Shown piece after piece: positions 41,601 through 50,619 of a stretch of DNA of 64,000 bases. The DNA is from Malacoraja senta. Its lineage: Eukaryota. The stretch spans positions 9,734,001-9,798,000 of the forward strand of contig CM075980.1 of assembly GCA_038087875.1 (NCBI GenBank). Direction: 5' to 3'. Position numbers and translations under genes: made by a program. Every line of letters starts with the position of its first letter. The stretch's first letter is position 1. Below the pieces are notes generated by a model, which saw nothing but the letters and a program-made list of their open reading frames with translations, had not been told where the DNA came from and did no database searches.

Positions 41601-44302
41601 TCCCATCATCACAGAAGACAGTTCCCAGCCATCTTACTTGGTCCAGATTATTAATTATAGAAAACATTGAATGCAAATGTTTTGCCTACAAAAAGTATTA
41701 TGGTCTGGCAATTTTACTGCACATGGCTACAGAATACTTTATTATCTAAGGAACTGTGAATAGAGCCGAATACTGTGCAATAATTAACAAGCATCTTCCG
41801 TTCCAAAACGTCCATACTATGAAGGAAGGCAGACCGCTGATAAAACAGCTGAGTATGTTTGAGCCCATTGCCATTTTGAACTCGTGCTTCAATACCCTGG
41901 CACTGAAATGATTGACCTCTTGGTCTTTATTTTATTGATGTCATGCCAATCGCCTTCATCGCTGAATTCCACTTGTAAACATTTGCAACTATAGATCCTG
42001 CTCTTGGAATGTAAGGCAATCAAATCCTAACAATTATCATCCCCTCATCAGAATGTGGAAGGTGGCCCATCTGGTCAATAATTCCCTACTCAGTACTCAC
42101 AATAGGTTTTTGTCAGGTCTTACCTCAGCCTTGCCCAAAATATAGACAGAACAGTTGCATTCCGAAGACAAGGATGACTATTCTTTAAAAAAATTCACAA
42201 CAAAATTGAAAAGGAATCTGAGAAAATTCTCCACTGGCAAGAATCATGTTGAACACAAAAGAAAATAGGTTATTTGGTGATCGATCATCTCAGCCTCAAG
42301 GTATTGAACAAAATGTACCAAAGGAAATTGCCCTAGATACAAGTATCTCCTATTGCTTCAAGACCTTCCCTCTGTCATGCGAGGTCTCTCATATGAATGT
42401 GCATTTATTCAGTTTCATTCACAACTCTTTAGATCACAAGGTGGTTTGTAGCCGTATGCAGCAAGACATGGATAACACAAATGCATACTCGCCATATGCC
42501 TGTTTGAATAATTCACCTTCTAATAATTTAAACAACAGACTGAATAAACTTGTTATACCAATAAGAAGAGCTTCTCAAATTCACACACCAATTATTGGTT
42601 TTCGTTAAATCACCAATCTTAATTTACAGGCGTGTTGCTAAAACTTGGCAAGTAACATCTGCACCACACAAGCATCAGACAACTATCTTCAATAATAGGG
42701 TGTGTAACATGTCTTCTTGACTACCATTGTTGACAACGATACCAATCGTATTGTTTAGTATTATACTACCAGCCTCAACCCTCACAATATCTTAACTAGA
42801 CTAGCCAAAGAAACATCGTGGCTCTCATGAACAGATTAGAGGCTGTGAATTCTGCACACAGTGACTCGCCCCCTAACTTGACTAAGCCTTTCCACCATTC
42901 ACAAAGCACAACTCAGGAATCGAGCGATATATTCTCCTTTTGCCTAGATGATTGACGTTCATATACCAAAGTTCCACACCATCCAGGACAATGCAGAAAT
43001 CTGTCTGAAAGATTCATTGAACAAGATTCAATCACCAAAAGCATAGTGTGTACCATTTACAAGATTTATCATAGACACAAAGATCTCTTTGACAATACTT
43101 CTCAATGTGACCTCTCCCATCAAGAAGTCAGCAGGTGCATGGAATGCTACCTGCAATTTCCCCAAGTCATACAGTCTAACAAGAAAATATATCACACCTT
43201 CACTACTCCAATGAAAACCTTGCAACTCCCTAACAAATCTTTGTAAGTATCTTCACCAAACACCACAGAAATTCCTAAATGATGGCTCATCATCACCTTC
43301 GCAAGGGTAATTGGCCATGACCAATAAATCCAACATAGCGAGTGACTCCCTTATTGGATGAATATAAAAAATACACAATTTAATTAATATTTCTAATAGA
43401 AAGCATATTGAATTGTTTGCTTAACTTGGAAAATCTCTCCATGGTACTTTATATCCCAAACAGAACATTATAAAAAATACATGATCAAGAGTGTTGAAGT
43501 GAGTGAGGAGGAAGATTTAAAGCAAAATCTTCACTTTCTAATCATTCGCAACTTGAAAATCTGCCATTGATACTACAGCAGATCAAGTGCCTCGCTAAAC
43601 ATAAACATGTAGGCTTTTCTTTGCAGTTATACATTGTGACTCTTGATAGGCATTTGAAATCTTTTGTCACACAAATTAAAAACTCATCGTACCAACAAAA
43701 AAACTTCCCACATTCACTCATCAACTGTTGGATTTATTCTAATCACAAGTCATAATTGCTTTCCTTCGGTTGATCCCTGTGCACACGACTGTTGAGCAAT
43801 GCACTTCCTTTCATTTGAAAACCTTCCCACAGTTTACTTCTCCATGGACAATACCTGTGGATCACCATGTACTACTATTCCTTCAGATCCATCATTACAC
43901 GAGCCGTGCATTCCCCAGCCCCTGAATTTTAATGCCGCTGAACCTGGTCAGATTTCCAGACCCTTGCATTGCCTCCACATCCCATTGCTAGTCCTCGTAA
44001 CCCTCTTGGCTCTTGGACTACTCGGACCCCAACGTTCACATTCAGGCTCCCATCGTCGCTTCCCACATCACTATTTCATCCCAGGCTCCAGGCTCTGGCG
44101 CGGTGCTGTTCACCCCTGACAGGTGGACTCACTCGGAAAGTCCTGCAGCTCCGAGGCTCCTCTCACTCCCTCCCTCCACTGACCATTCCCAGTCCGAGCT
44201 CACACACGCCTTCCAGTCACTGCACGCTCCCCCTCCCCACCCACCCCATCCTTGCCGCCGCTCACCATTGTGATGGACCCAAGCAGGTTTGAGCAGCTTC
44301 AT
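5567..44302 (-). CDS. HIRA: HIRA histone H3.3 chaperone, 5' part (coding exons 1, 3-13; gene continues beyond window start)
   Basis: Spliced translation [13 protein letters not shown]...[11 protein letters not shown]...WD40 repeats...[16 protein letters not shown] matches vertebrate HIRA. All exons found have GT-AG boundaries and consistent phases. Confidence 0.98.
7190..7492 (-). mobile_element. HE1/V-SINE
   Basis: gaaacaggcccttcagcc...tgtgggaggaaac...cacagggagaacatgcaaa. Confidence 0.8.
10700..11240 (+). mobile_element. Old CR1 fragment
   Basis: [16 protein letters not shown] motif and CR1-like 3' UTR. Confidence 0.65.
12480..12940 (-). mobile_element. CR1 3' fragment with Penelope-type repeat inserted (12757-12852)
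   Basis: gaaacaggcctttcagcccaac...tagtcccatttgccc...cccctcatgattttatacac. Confidence 0.7.
13179..13391 (-). CDS. HIRA: HIRA exon 12 (213 nt, Q-rich linker)
   Basis: ttacag|[39 protein letters not shown]...[10 protein letters not shown]|gtaatg. Confidence 0.95.
14734..14839 (-). CDS. HIRA: HIRA exon 11 (106 nt)
   Basis: caccag|[35 protein letters not shown]|gtaac. Confidence 0.96.
15610..18674 (+). mobile_element. Young CR1-clade LINE, 5'-truncated, nearly complete ORF2 (APE endonuclease + RT), in HIRA intron 10
   Basis: ORFs 15617-15964 ([11 protein letters not shown]...ITETWL) and 15967-18576 ([36 protein letters not shown]). 3' (CTATGTAT)n tail. Frameshift and TGA at about 15930-15948. 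Confidence 0.95.
15967..18576 (+). CDS. CR1 ORF2 remnant: endonuclease C-part + reverse transcriptase (869 aa open)
   Basis: RT motifs PQGSVLGP and FADD; separated from its N-terminus by a frameshift and stop. Confidence 0.9.
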   Translation: MLVREEINAVERKDISLEDVESVWVELRNTKGQKTLVGVVYRPPSSSSEVGDGIKQEIRNACNKGKTVIMGDFNLHIDWVNQIGRGAEEEDFLECMRDSYLNQHVEEPTREQAILDWVLSNEEELVSSLVVRAPLGKSDHNMVEFFIRMESDIVNSETTVLNLKKGNFEGMRRELAKIDWQLVLKGLMVDMQWKAFKDCMDELQKLFIPVWQKNKSGKVVHPWITREIRDSIKAKDDAYKLARKSSIPEDWEKFRDQQRRTKGLIRKGKIDYERKLAGNIKTDCNIFYRYVKRKRLVKTNVGPLQSETGGLIMGNKDMADQLNNYFGSVFTKEDINNLPEIAGDHGSKEKEEMSEIQVSREVVLGKLNGLKANKSPGPDRLHPRVLKEVAPEIVDALVIIFQNSLDSGVVPEDWRVANVTPLFKKGGREKTGNYRPVSLTSVVGKLLESVIKDGIAAHLESGEIIGQSQHGFTKGKSCLTNLIEFFEDVTSRVDRGEPVDVLYLDFQKAFDKVPHKRLVYKLKAHGIGGSVLMWMENWLANRKQRVGVNGSFSQWQAVTSGVPQGSVLGPQLFTIYINDLDEGIEGNISKFADDTKLGGSVSCEENARRLQGDLDRLGEWANVWQMQYNVDKCEVIHFGGKNRKADYYLNGDRLGKGEMQRDLGVMVHQSLKVGMQVQQAVKKANGMLAFIAKGFEYRSREVLLQLYRVLVRPHLEYCVQFWSPNLRKDIIAIEGVQRRFTRLIPGMSGLSYEERLDRLGLYSLEFRRLRGDLIETYKILMGLDRLDAGRLFPMLGKSWTRGHTLRIRGKSFKTEKRKNIFTQRVVNLWNSLPQRVVEASSLAIFKRELDVALVAKGIRGYGEKAGTGY
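19085..19203 (-). mobile_element. Short CR1 3' end
   Basis: Reverse complement of about 18538-18655. Confidence 0.88.
19205..19750 (+). mobile_element. RTE-clade LINE remnant
   Basis: QAIVLP...[15 protein letters not shown] and QLLY...[18 protein letters not shown] resemble the RTE ORF C-terminus. Confidence 0.72.
20431..20501 (-). CDS. HIRA: HIRA exon 10 (71 nt)
   Basis: caacag|[24 protein letters not shown]|gtaagg. Confidence 0.96.
20996..21750 (+). mobile_element. Non-autonomous non-LTR retroelement with GC-rich body and (ATTATG)n tail
   Basis: CpG-rich block in an AT-rich intron, ending in ggctaataatg(attatg)n; no coding capacity. Confidence 0.65.
21894..22012. mobile_element. Penelope-type insertion with internal inversion and 16-bp TSD
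   Basis: acaaggcatctaggtc at 21878-21893 and 22013-22028. Confidence 0.85.
21955..21982 (-). ncRNA. Minimal type I hammerhead-ribozyme-like core
   Basis: CUGAAGA-A-GGGU(CUUG)ACCC-GAAAC-GUC; stem I is weak. Confidence 0.55.
22040..22153 (-). CDS. HIRA: HIRA exon 9 (114 nt)
   Basis: ctttag|[38 protein letters not shown]|gtaagt. Confidence 0.96.
24358..24525 (-). CDS. HIRA: HIRA exon 8 (168 nt)
   Basis: cttcag|[56 protein letters not shown]|gtaagt. Confidence 0.96.
24680..26280 (+). mobile_element. Old degenerate CR1 interrupted by a younger CR1 and a Penelope-type repeat
   Basis: Degenerate WRSVTS...PLL...INDL motifs, gtgcagaagagattc, and 3' gaagggcct tail. Confidence 0.7.
25029..25674 (-). 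mobile_element. Young CR1 3' fragment nested in an older CR1
   Basis: [36 protein letters not shown] plus CR1 3' UTR. Confidence 0.92.
26850..27394. mobile_element. hAT-type MITE (545 bp)
   Basis: Imperfect TIRs CATGGGCAGAAACC / CAGGGGCGGAAATC; perfect 8-bp TSD ctgttacc at 26842-26849 and 27395-27402. Confidence 0.85.
28666..28826 (-). CDS. HIRA: HIRA exon 7 (161 nt)
   Basis: ttacag|[54 protein letters not shown]|gtatgt. Confidence 0.96.
29131..29226 (-). CDS. HIRA: HIRA exon 6 (96 nt)
   Basis: ttccag|[32 protein letters not shown]|gtgagt. Confidence 0.96.
31179..31273 (-). CDS. HIRA: HIRA exon 5 (95 nt)
   Basis: ctacag|[31 protein letters not shown]|gtaag. Confidence 0.96.
31662..31752 (-). 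CDS. HIRA: HIRA exon 4 (91 nt)
   Basis: ttgcag|[30 protein letters not shown]|gtaagt. Confidence 0.96.
32205..32640 (-). mobile_element. Old Penelope-like 3' end
   Basis: Reverse reads NIEFSCFR-stop, then pyrimidine-rich UTR and degenerate agggtcatgacctgaaa core. Confidence 0.6.
32873..32983 (-). CDS. HIRA: HIRA exon 3 (111 nt)
   Basis: ctgcag|[37 protein letters not shown]|gtac. Confidence 0.96.
33143..33342. other. Assembly gap
   Basis: Run of N. Confidence 1.
33343..33749. mobile_element. Harbinger-type element right end, left part lost in the gap
   Basis: Ends ...AGGTCGCCACAGTGGGACAGACCTT|TAA, related to the TIR at 53881; CpG-rich. Confidence 0.6.
33780..35140 (-). mobile_element. Old CR1 remnant split by an LTR-like insert
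   Basis: gaccagaactgcacacaatactccaaatg; tcacccttgcttgggttaaattccatctgcca. Confidence 0.65.
34079..34423 (-). mobile_element. Probable LTR (3' LTR or solo LTR)
   Basis: On minus: TGTTAT...TTTACA termini, ATATAAAA at about 34338-34331, AATAAA at about 34163-34158, purine tract GGGGTAGGGAAATG just upstream. No TSD found. Confidence 0.45.
35451..36130 (-). mobile_element. 5'-truncated young CR1 copy, near-identical to 17995-18665
   Basis: ORF 35549-36148 [14 protein letters not shown]...[10 protein letters not shown]; (CTATGTTT)n tail. Confidence 0.95.
36795..37655 (+). mobile_element. Rex1/Babar-type LINE remnant
   Basis: [13 protein letters not shown]...[16 protein letters not shown] motif; caccagattcaggaataacttcttcccc 3' region; tgacaataaa...(cttga)n tail. 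Confidence 0.75.
40645..40773 (-). repeat. Penelope-type repeat copy in HIRA intron 1
   Basis: Near-consensus copy. Confidence 0.85.
44266..44302 (-). CDS. HIRA: HIRA coding exon 1 (37 nt)
   Basis: ATG AAG CTG CTC AAA CCT GCT TGG GTC CAT CAC AAT G|gtgag = [13 protein letters not shown], in a CpG-rich region. Confidence 0.96.
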
Positions 44303-45811
44303 GCTGGGCCGCGGTACCTGGGACTCAAGCACCACCCTCTCGGTCTCGGTGTCACTGTCCCAAGGCGACCCGGCCTCTCGCTCCGCTCCGCCGGAAGGGA
44401 GCAACACACTTAACGCTCCCCAGAAACTCCGGTGCCCCCGGCACAACGGCTCGGGAAAAGAATCAAGGTCAAAACAACCGTTCCGAGCACAAAATAAAAC
44501 CCCAAAAGTTAGACTTAGTGCATAATTCTCAAACTCATCCGTAGCTGACGTAACTAGTTTTAATTTAGAATAACTGAAAGGTCTGACCATCAAAAGCTTC
44601 GGCCAACCGAAATCTCTAGCCTATTATCTGGTTGTAACTTGGTGAGCATCCAACAATAGCAACTATATTGCCAGTGCCCTGTTTTAGTCACGACGGATAA
44701 GTGTTCGACCAACTGCTGCCTATAATGGATTCTACATTTATACTCTTTAGAAAAATGATTTGCCTTTAACTCATGATATTCAGGGGACATTAAGCCAAAC
44801 AAGTAAATTTTGAAGTGCATCCATAATATAGAAAGTACAACTTTAGAATGTGTGCACGTCAAGATCCCAAAGATAAAAGAGAATTGGCGCAGATTATCTG
44901 AATTAATGGTTTCGGTCAGGAGATGAATACCCCCATCACAATGTGGACCAAGCTCCCTTATTGTCCGGAAACGTGTAAGTTCACCTGAAAAGTTTAATGT
45001 CTCATTTAAATATATTTATTCCAAAAGTGCAGCACTCCTAAATGATGCCCAGCTTACATCTAGTGCTCAATTCACCAAACGTTGTCATTCAGTGATGCAT
45101 ACACTGAAATGCCATATGGAAGATTATGTAATGGGAACAGGCAACATGACCTATGAACCTACTACAATGAACAAGGTAAATTATTCACTACAACGAATGA
45201 CTTTGTGGTATAAAGAAAATAGACAGAGAAAGCAAGTAACTGTTGCCTCGCGGTGATAAAACTATATTAGTGTCAATGTAAGAAGCTGGCTAACATTAAA
45301 ATAGGGAGTTATCTTGTTCAGATGATAGTGTTTTACTATTGTAGAATTTCTGTTACTTCACTTTGTCCTAGCACTCTTTAAATATTCGTTCTTTCTTTAT
45401 GAAAGCTCCAACATAATTCTTCGTTGCTGTCCTTCAAGCAGTTAAGCAAATTTTATTTTAATGTCATGGCCAATTCTAAAGTCTAATTTCCAAAGCATTT
45501 TCATCAAAATTTAGATGCTCTAAATTTCGATACAAGCTTGACGGTAGCTTCGTTTATAGGTTCAATTATGATTTTAATGTGCTTGATCTTTTTTTTAAAT
45601 GAACAAATGTTCAATTGCAAACATACCACTGTTGTGGTTCTGAACTTTGTCGGGTGGGAACATTAGTAATGACCTGTGTTCCCGAGTGGGACATCATTAT
45701 GTGGGGGAAAAGCCGCTGGTAGTGGTGCGCCGCTTTAAACTGCTCGGGTTGAGTGGACTGGGTGGAGAAAGGAGTGGCAACGATCTCAAGGTGACTGCGT
45801 TCCTGATTAAC
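44303..45811. promoter_or_regulatory. HIRA / MRPL40 divergent promoter region
   Basis: Head-to-head ATGs at 44302 (-) and 45812 (+). Two CpG-rich patches (about 44080-44500 and 45650-46050). ETS-like CCGGAAG near 44391 and CRE-like TGACGTAA near 44546. Confidence 0.75.
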
Positions 45812-45846
45812 ATGGCATGGACGGTCCAGCCGCTCATCGGCCTGAT
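45812..45846 (+). CDS. MRPL40: MRPL40 coding exon 1
   Basis: aacATGGCA Kozak-like start, AT|gtgagt donor, phase 2 matches exon 2. Confidence 0.8.
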
Positions 45847-48800
45847 GTGAGTACTGACCTCGTGGAGAGGCCGTAGCTGGCGGCGTCTGGCCCGGGATCG
45901 GGGGTTGGGCTCGGCTGATAGTAACTGGCCTGAGGCGGGACTGCCTAAAACGGAGCGGATTTGAGGCGACATTAATCCCATGGATAGGTTATATTTCTAT
46001 TAACTGGGGAACGAGCACAAAGCGCCTCGGGAAAACGGTTCCAGGCAGGTAAGTAAGGTCCTCGCATTTAGATAAAATGCCTTACAGACCCTCGGGGTTC
46101 CCAAAACATATTGCCTGAATTAGGTATTGTTTATTACAATATTAAACATTAACAAATATTAATGTATTGATAAACATAAATAAACATAATTCTGGTGCTG
46201 AAAATGACACAACGTGCTGGAGTAACTAAGCGGGTCAAGCAGCATGTATGGGGAACATGGATAGATGACGTTTCGGGTCGGGACCTTTCTTCAGCCTGTT
46301 TAGTGATGATTTGTAGGATATTCCAGTCTCTGCCCAATGACAGTGGAGGCTTGATTATTGAATATATTCAAGAAAGAGGTGGTTTGTTTTTAGATGTTCA
46401 GAAAAGCGCCACTGAGGTAAAAGGTGAGCAAAGATTTTAATGAGTGACGGGGCAGGTATGAGGGACTGAATGGCCTATTTCTACTTCTGTTTACAGCATT
46501 ATATGTCCTTATCCATTTGAGAGAATGGATTTCTGAATTGAATCTGTTCTAAAGATATGACCCCTAATCGTGCAGCACCTCCCTTAATGCTACACTGGTG
46601 TAATTCTAGGTTTTGGGTTTGGGAAGTGGTAACATGAAGTCAACATTGATGACTAATACGTTTTTGATCCCTGTTCTAGGTTGATTTGAAGAATGCAAGA
46701 TTTTGCGATAAGGAGATCTTGTATTCTGATGAGATTCAAATGAAATTTTGTCACTGTTAGTTGGAAAAAATTTGATAGCTCAGGAAAGACATATACCTCA
46801 GTACAGTACTCAGCGTCAAATCAATATGACAAACAAAGAACAGACCGTTTTGATTGACAGAATTATATTGTCTATATGCATTTGCTAAAAGCAACATCCT
46901 TTCCAGGATTTCTTACAGCCAATGTTTTGATTATAAAAGCACAAGATGAATCTGAGTCTTGTAACTAAAAGCTATAACTGATTTTGTTTTTCTCTCACAG
47001 ATCGCGTACAGTGTGGAATGCTTCAGTTCGAACCAGCCACTGGCATACGTCCATGTTGTCACTCAGAGAATCCTTGCCCATGAGGTACAGTATATGGTAC
47101 AAGCTTCAGTTTTTTCCATTTCAGCTGCCTAGATCTCTATGGGAAAACATAGAGTACATTCTGAGGATCAGCATCTCTATTGTGTGTGATTTTCATGGTT
47201 GCAACAGCATAAAAAACTTAGCTGAGCTGCATTTATCCCAGGGTTCATTTAATTGCTTGCAAGTGCCATTCAAATAATTGAAAGATGTAAATTAAATTGT
47301 AAATACATCATTATAGAGAAAAGGTACCACTGGTAATGCTGAAAATCTGCAACGTAGGGAAAGCTTGTTAGAAATGTGCAACAAGCTGGTGAGCATTTGT
47401 GAATGAGTGGGAAGAAAATGTTAACTTTTTTTAAAACTGCAGATGTTGGAGATCTAAAATTAAAAAACAGAAATGGCTGATAACACCTGGCAAGTCAGAA
47501 TGTTTCTGGGGGAAAAAAACAGACTCGCATTTCTGGCTGAAGATCCTTTGTTGGAATGTCAATTTATCGGTCTCCTTCAGGCCAATTTCAATTCGATTAT
47601 AACTAAGAGGGGGATCAAGGCAAAATAAATTGCAACTGTTTCATCTTATAGCAACTATATATATAGTACATTGAACGGTCAAGAATGGAGAAAATGTGGA
47701 TGGAAATTTATACAAAGGAAACATTTAAATAAAAAGGCTGACCTAATTGGATGTGCATCAGAATGTTTTGATCCCTTGGTCTTTTTGACCAGAATTCTTG
47801 TATCAAATCTGTTTTCTGGTGTTTTGGAACAAAATTACTCTCGATGATTTTCTCAAGGCTTGATGATTGTTTCTATTAGGAAAGGGAATAAGCCTAAGGA
47901 AGACTGCTCGTCATCATTGGACTTCTCAATTGCTAGGTTTAAGTGGCAGCAGCAGAAGCTGGGAGTTGGTCTACTCGCCATCACATTGCTTGGTAGAGGA
48001 GTCTGGGGAATGAATATGCAGACAGAATTAATCCATACATTTAACAAGTGTGGGTAATTTTATTTTGCAGAGCTGAGCCTAAGAAAAAGAAAAAAGTGGA
48101 TCCCAAAAGAGAGCAGGCAGTGAGAGAGCGTTTGAAAAAAAGATTGAAGAAGTTGGAACGTGTTCCTCCAGAGCTGATCCCAATCGAAGATTTTATCACT
48201 CCCACAAAGTTGCTTGATGAATCCAGGTCTGTGTGTTCTGAAACATTAGTTCTCAATAGGAAATGTATGCTTTCCCCATTGTTTTCTTTCCATTGTAGGA
48301 TTTTCATTCCAAACTGCGGGTAAGAATTTAGTTTCCATCCTGAATTCTCTTTAAATAATATTGAAATAATGATGTATTATTGTCCTTATTTATCTTCTTT
48401 CAAATGGTAAAAGGGCGATTGGTCCAACCTGTGAGAGAGTGTTAATGGTTCAGGGTAAAGGAGAGCAAAAAGAAAACTAAGGTGAGATAAGAGAGGTGGT
48501 TAAAAGTAGTGAATACAGGTGATGAGATCAGAGTGGATCCAAGGATAAGAATGTATTCATCAGAAAAGACAAGATGTTGATTATACATTTAGCAAGTTTG
48601 TAGCAACAAGGAGAGTTTGTATATCAGGTGTACCCAAATCGGGACATCTAATGACTGAGCATGAAAATACAAATTAGGATTTGTACAAGGCTACTTGAAC
48701 CTAAACCAGCATTTAATGTGGCTTATCTAATTGTAAACTCAATTCCTTAGTAACCTTTCCTTCTCTTGTTTATCAACTATGTACCTACCTCATTCTTAAA

Positions 48801-50371
48801 TATTCAAAGATCGTGCTTACAGTGCCCTTTTGGCAAAAGAGAGCTCTAAACACTCTTGACCCTCTGAGATAATTTTCACCTCATCAGTCTCAATTGGTGA
48901 GCCCTTTAATTTTAAATAGTGAGCCCAAATTCTGGATTCCCATGGAAGAGAAAACAGTTCCCACGTTCAACCTTGCAAGAACACTCAAGATCTTGTATTT
49001 CAATTGGATTTTCATTCGCTAATCTAAATGCCTGCAGAAGTCTGGCCTTCCAATCTTTCATCATTTGACAACCTGTTTGGTTGTTGGTCAAGTAAATCTC
49101 TGGATTACTTTCTGCTCATTTACATTCTTCCATAAAAAAGGAGACAAATAGGGTGCACAGTACTCCAAATGTGCTCTTGTTAATATACTCCTTTATCATG
49201 TTATTTCTTCAAAAGAACACCAACCAATAGTCAAACATGATTTCCCTCTCTAAATACCATGTTCATACAATTTGAGCAGTTAGTTCATTTGGATGGAGTT
49301 CTTTAGACATTATTGGTTTAGTCCCAAACTGACAGATTACCTGGTAATTTTCATATTACTGTTTGTGAAAGCTTGCAGTGTTCAAAATGACTACGTCAAC
49401 CCCTAAATCATTTTGGAACATGAGAGACTGCAGATACTAGAATATTGAGCAAAAAAACAGACAGTTGGAGGAGCTCAGCGGGTCAGGCAGCATCTATGGA
49501 GGGAAATGGACAGGTGGTATTTTGGATCAAGATCTTTCTTCAAGACACCCATTAAAACATCCCAGTTTCCTAAAACACTTGTTAGAGTTTGCTTTTTCTT
49601 TAAATTATGACATTGAAACAAGACAGTGAATTCTTCCCCAGACGTACTGTTATTTAAAGAAATAAGTTCTACCTAGACCCGTTGCCTCAGTGGCTGAGAC
49701 CCAGGTTCAGTCTTGATCTCTGCTGCTACCTGTGTGGAGTTTGCTTGATCTCCCTGTGACCTTGGTACTACAGTTTACTTTTGCATCCAAAAGATGTGTG
49801 GGTTAATAGGTTAATCAGCCATTTTTTAATTGTACCTCGTGCAGGTATGTGGTAGAATCTGGGGAGTTGAAGGGAATGTTGGGGAATAAAAATGGGTTAT
49901 GGTAAGATCAGTATAAATTGATGGTTGGGGAGAACCTGGTGGGTCAAGTGACCTGTTTCCGTACTGTATGACTCGTACTAAAAGCATAAAGTGAACCTCA
50001 AGTGTTAATAATGACTATGCTCATAAAATGCCCTCAATAACATGTTATCTATGGTGCCTAGAGTTCGAGATCTGCCCAAAGTGACAGAGGAAGAGACTGA
50101 GCAGCGAGCGCTTCTGATGAAGGAATGGTCACGATATAAGCAGAAGGAACATAAAAAGGAAGCTGAAATGATTCATTCCATGATTGAGGCACAGCAGGAA
50201 GCGCTACAGGAACTGCGTGTCGAATCAGAGGACTTGTACCAGGCTGCAATTAAACGGGATCAAGGACTGTTTCCATTGGAGTTACAAGGATGCAGCTATA
50301 CTCCTCCTATACCTGACTACCAAGCACCTGATGGAAAATACAGAGAAAACACAAAGGTTTATACACAGTGA
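45812..50371 (+). CDS. MRPL40: Mitochondrial ribosomal protein L40, 194 aa; exons 45812-45846, 47001-47084, 48071-48226, 50062-50371
   Basis: Joined ORF MAWTVQPLIGLISRTVWNASVRTSHWHTSMLSLRESLPMRAEPKKKKKVDPKREQ...PPELIPIEDF...RALLMKEWSRYK...YTPPIPDYQAPDGKYRENTKVYTQ*. All introns are phase 2 GT-AG. Position next to HIRA is as expected. Exon 1 is the least certain. Confidence 0.95.
47001..47084 (+). CDS. MRPL40: MRPL40 exon 2 (84 nt)
   Basis: tctctcacag|SRTVWNASVRTSHWHTSMLSLRESLPMR|gtacag. Confidence 0.92.
48071..48226 (+). CDS. MRPL40: MRPL40 exon 3 (156 nt)
   Basis: ttttgcag|AEPKKKKKVDPKREQAVRERLKKRLKKLERVPPELIPIEDFITPTKLLDES|gtctgt. Confidence 0.95.
48660..49270 (-). mobile_element. Old CR1 remnant in MRPL40 intron 3
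   Basis: gcacagtactccaaatgtg; gtcaaacatgatttccct (reverse of GKSCLT motif). Confidence 0.6.
49680..49975 (+). mobile_element. Degenerate V-SINE
   Basis: gagacccaggttcag...tgtgtggagtttgc...ctccctgtgacc...cctgtttccgtactgtatgact. Confidence 0.7.
50062..50371 (+). CDS. MRPL40: MRPL40 last coding exon
   Basis: cctag|VRDLPKVTEEETEQRALLMKEW...KVYTQ-TGA. Confidence 0.95.
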
Positions 50372-50427
50372 TGTGCATGAGAACCTTTCACTTCTTTCCC
50401 GTTATCCTTTCAAGCAAATCTTTTTTA

Positions 50428-50433
50428 AATAAA
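50428..50433 (+). terminator. Probable MRPL40 polyadenylation signal
   Basis: AATAAA 57 nt after the stop codon, followed by T/GT-rich sequence. Confidence 0.6.
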
Positions 50434-50619
50434 CTAAATATTGTCATAAAATGTATAGTACATTTTTGTGAAATGTACTTCTGATTAACAAGTTTTCAGA
50501 AAAGTTGCTATTCCCTCCAATGTTTGTCAATGCTTTTAAAAAAGCAGTGTTAAAAATATACATAAGTAAATGTACCAACAATGTTAATTGGCAACTTAAC
50601 TGGAATGAAAACCATTAAA

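Noticed and set aside
44129-44593. 154-aa ORF extending upstream of the HIRA ATG
   Set aside because: Only [13 protein letters not shown] is HIRA; the rest is open 5' UTR/promoter and intron in GC-rich DNA.
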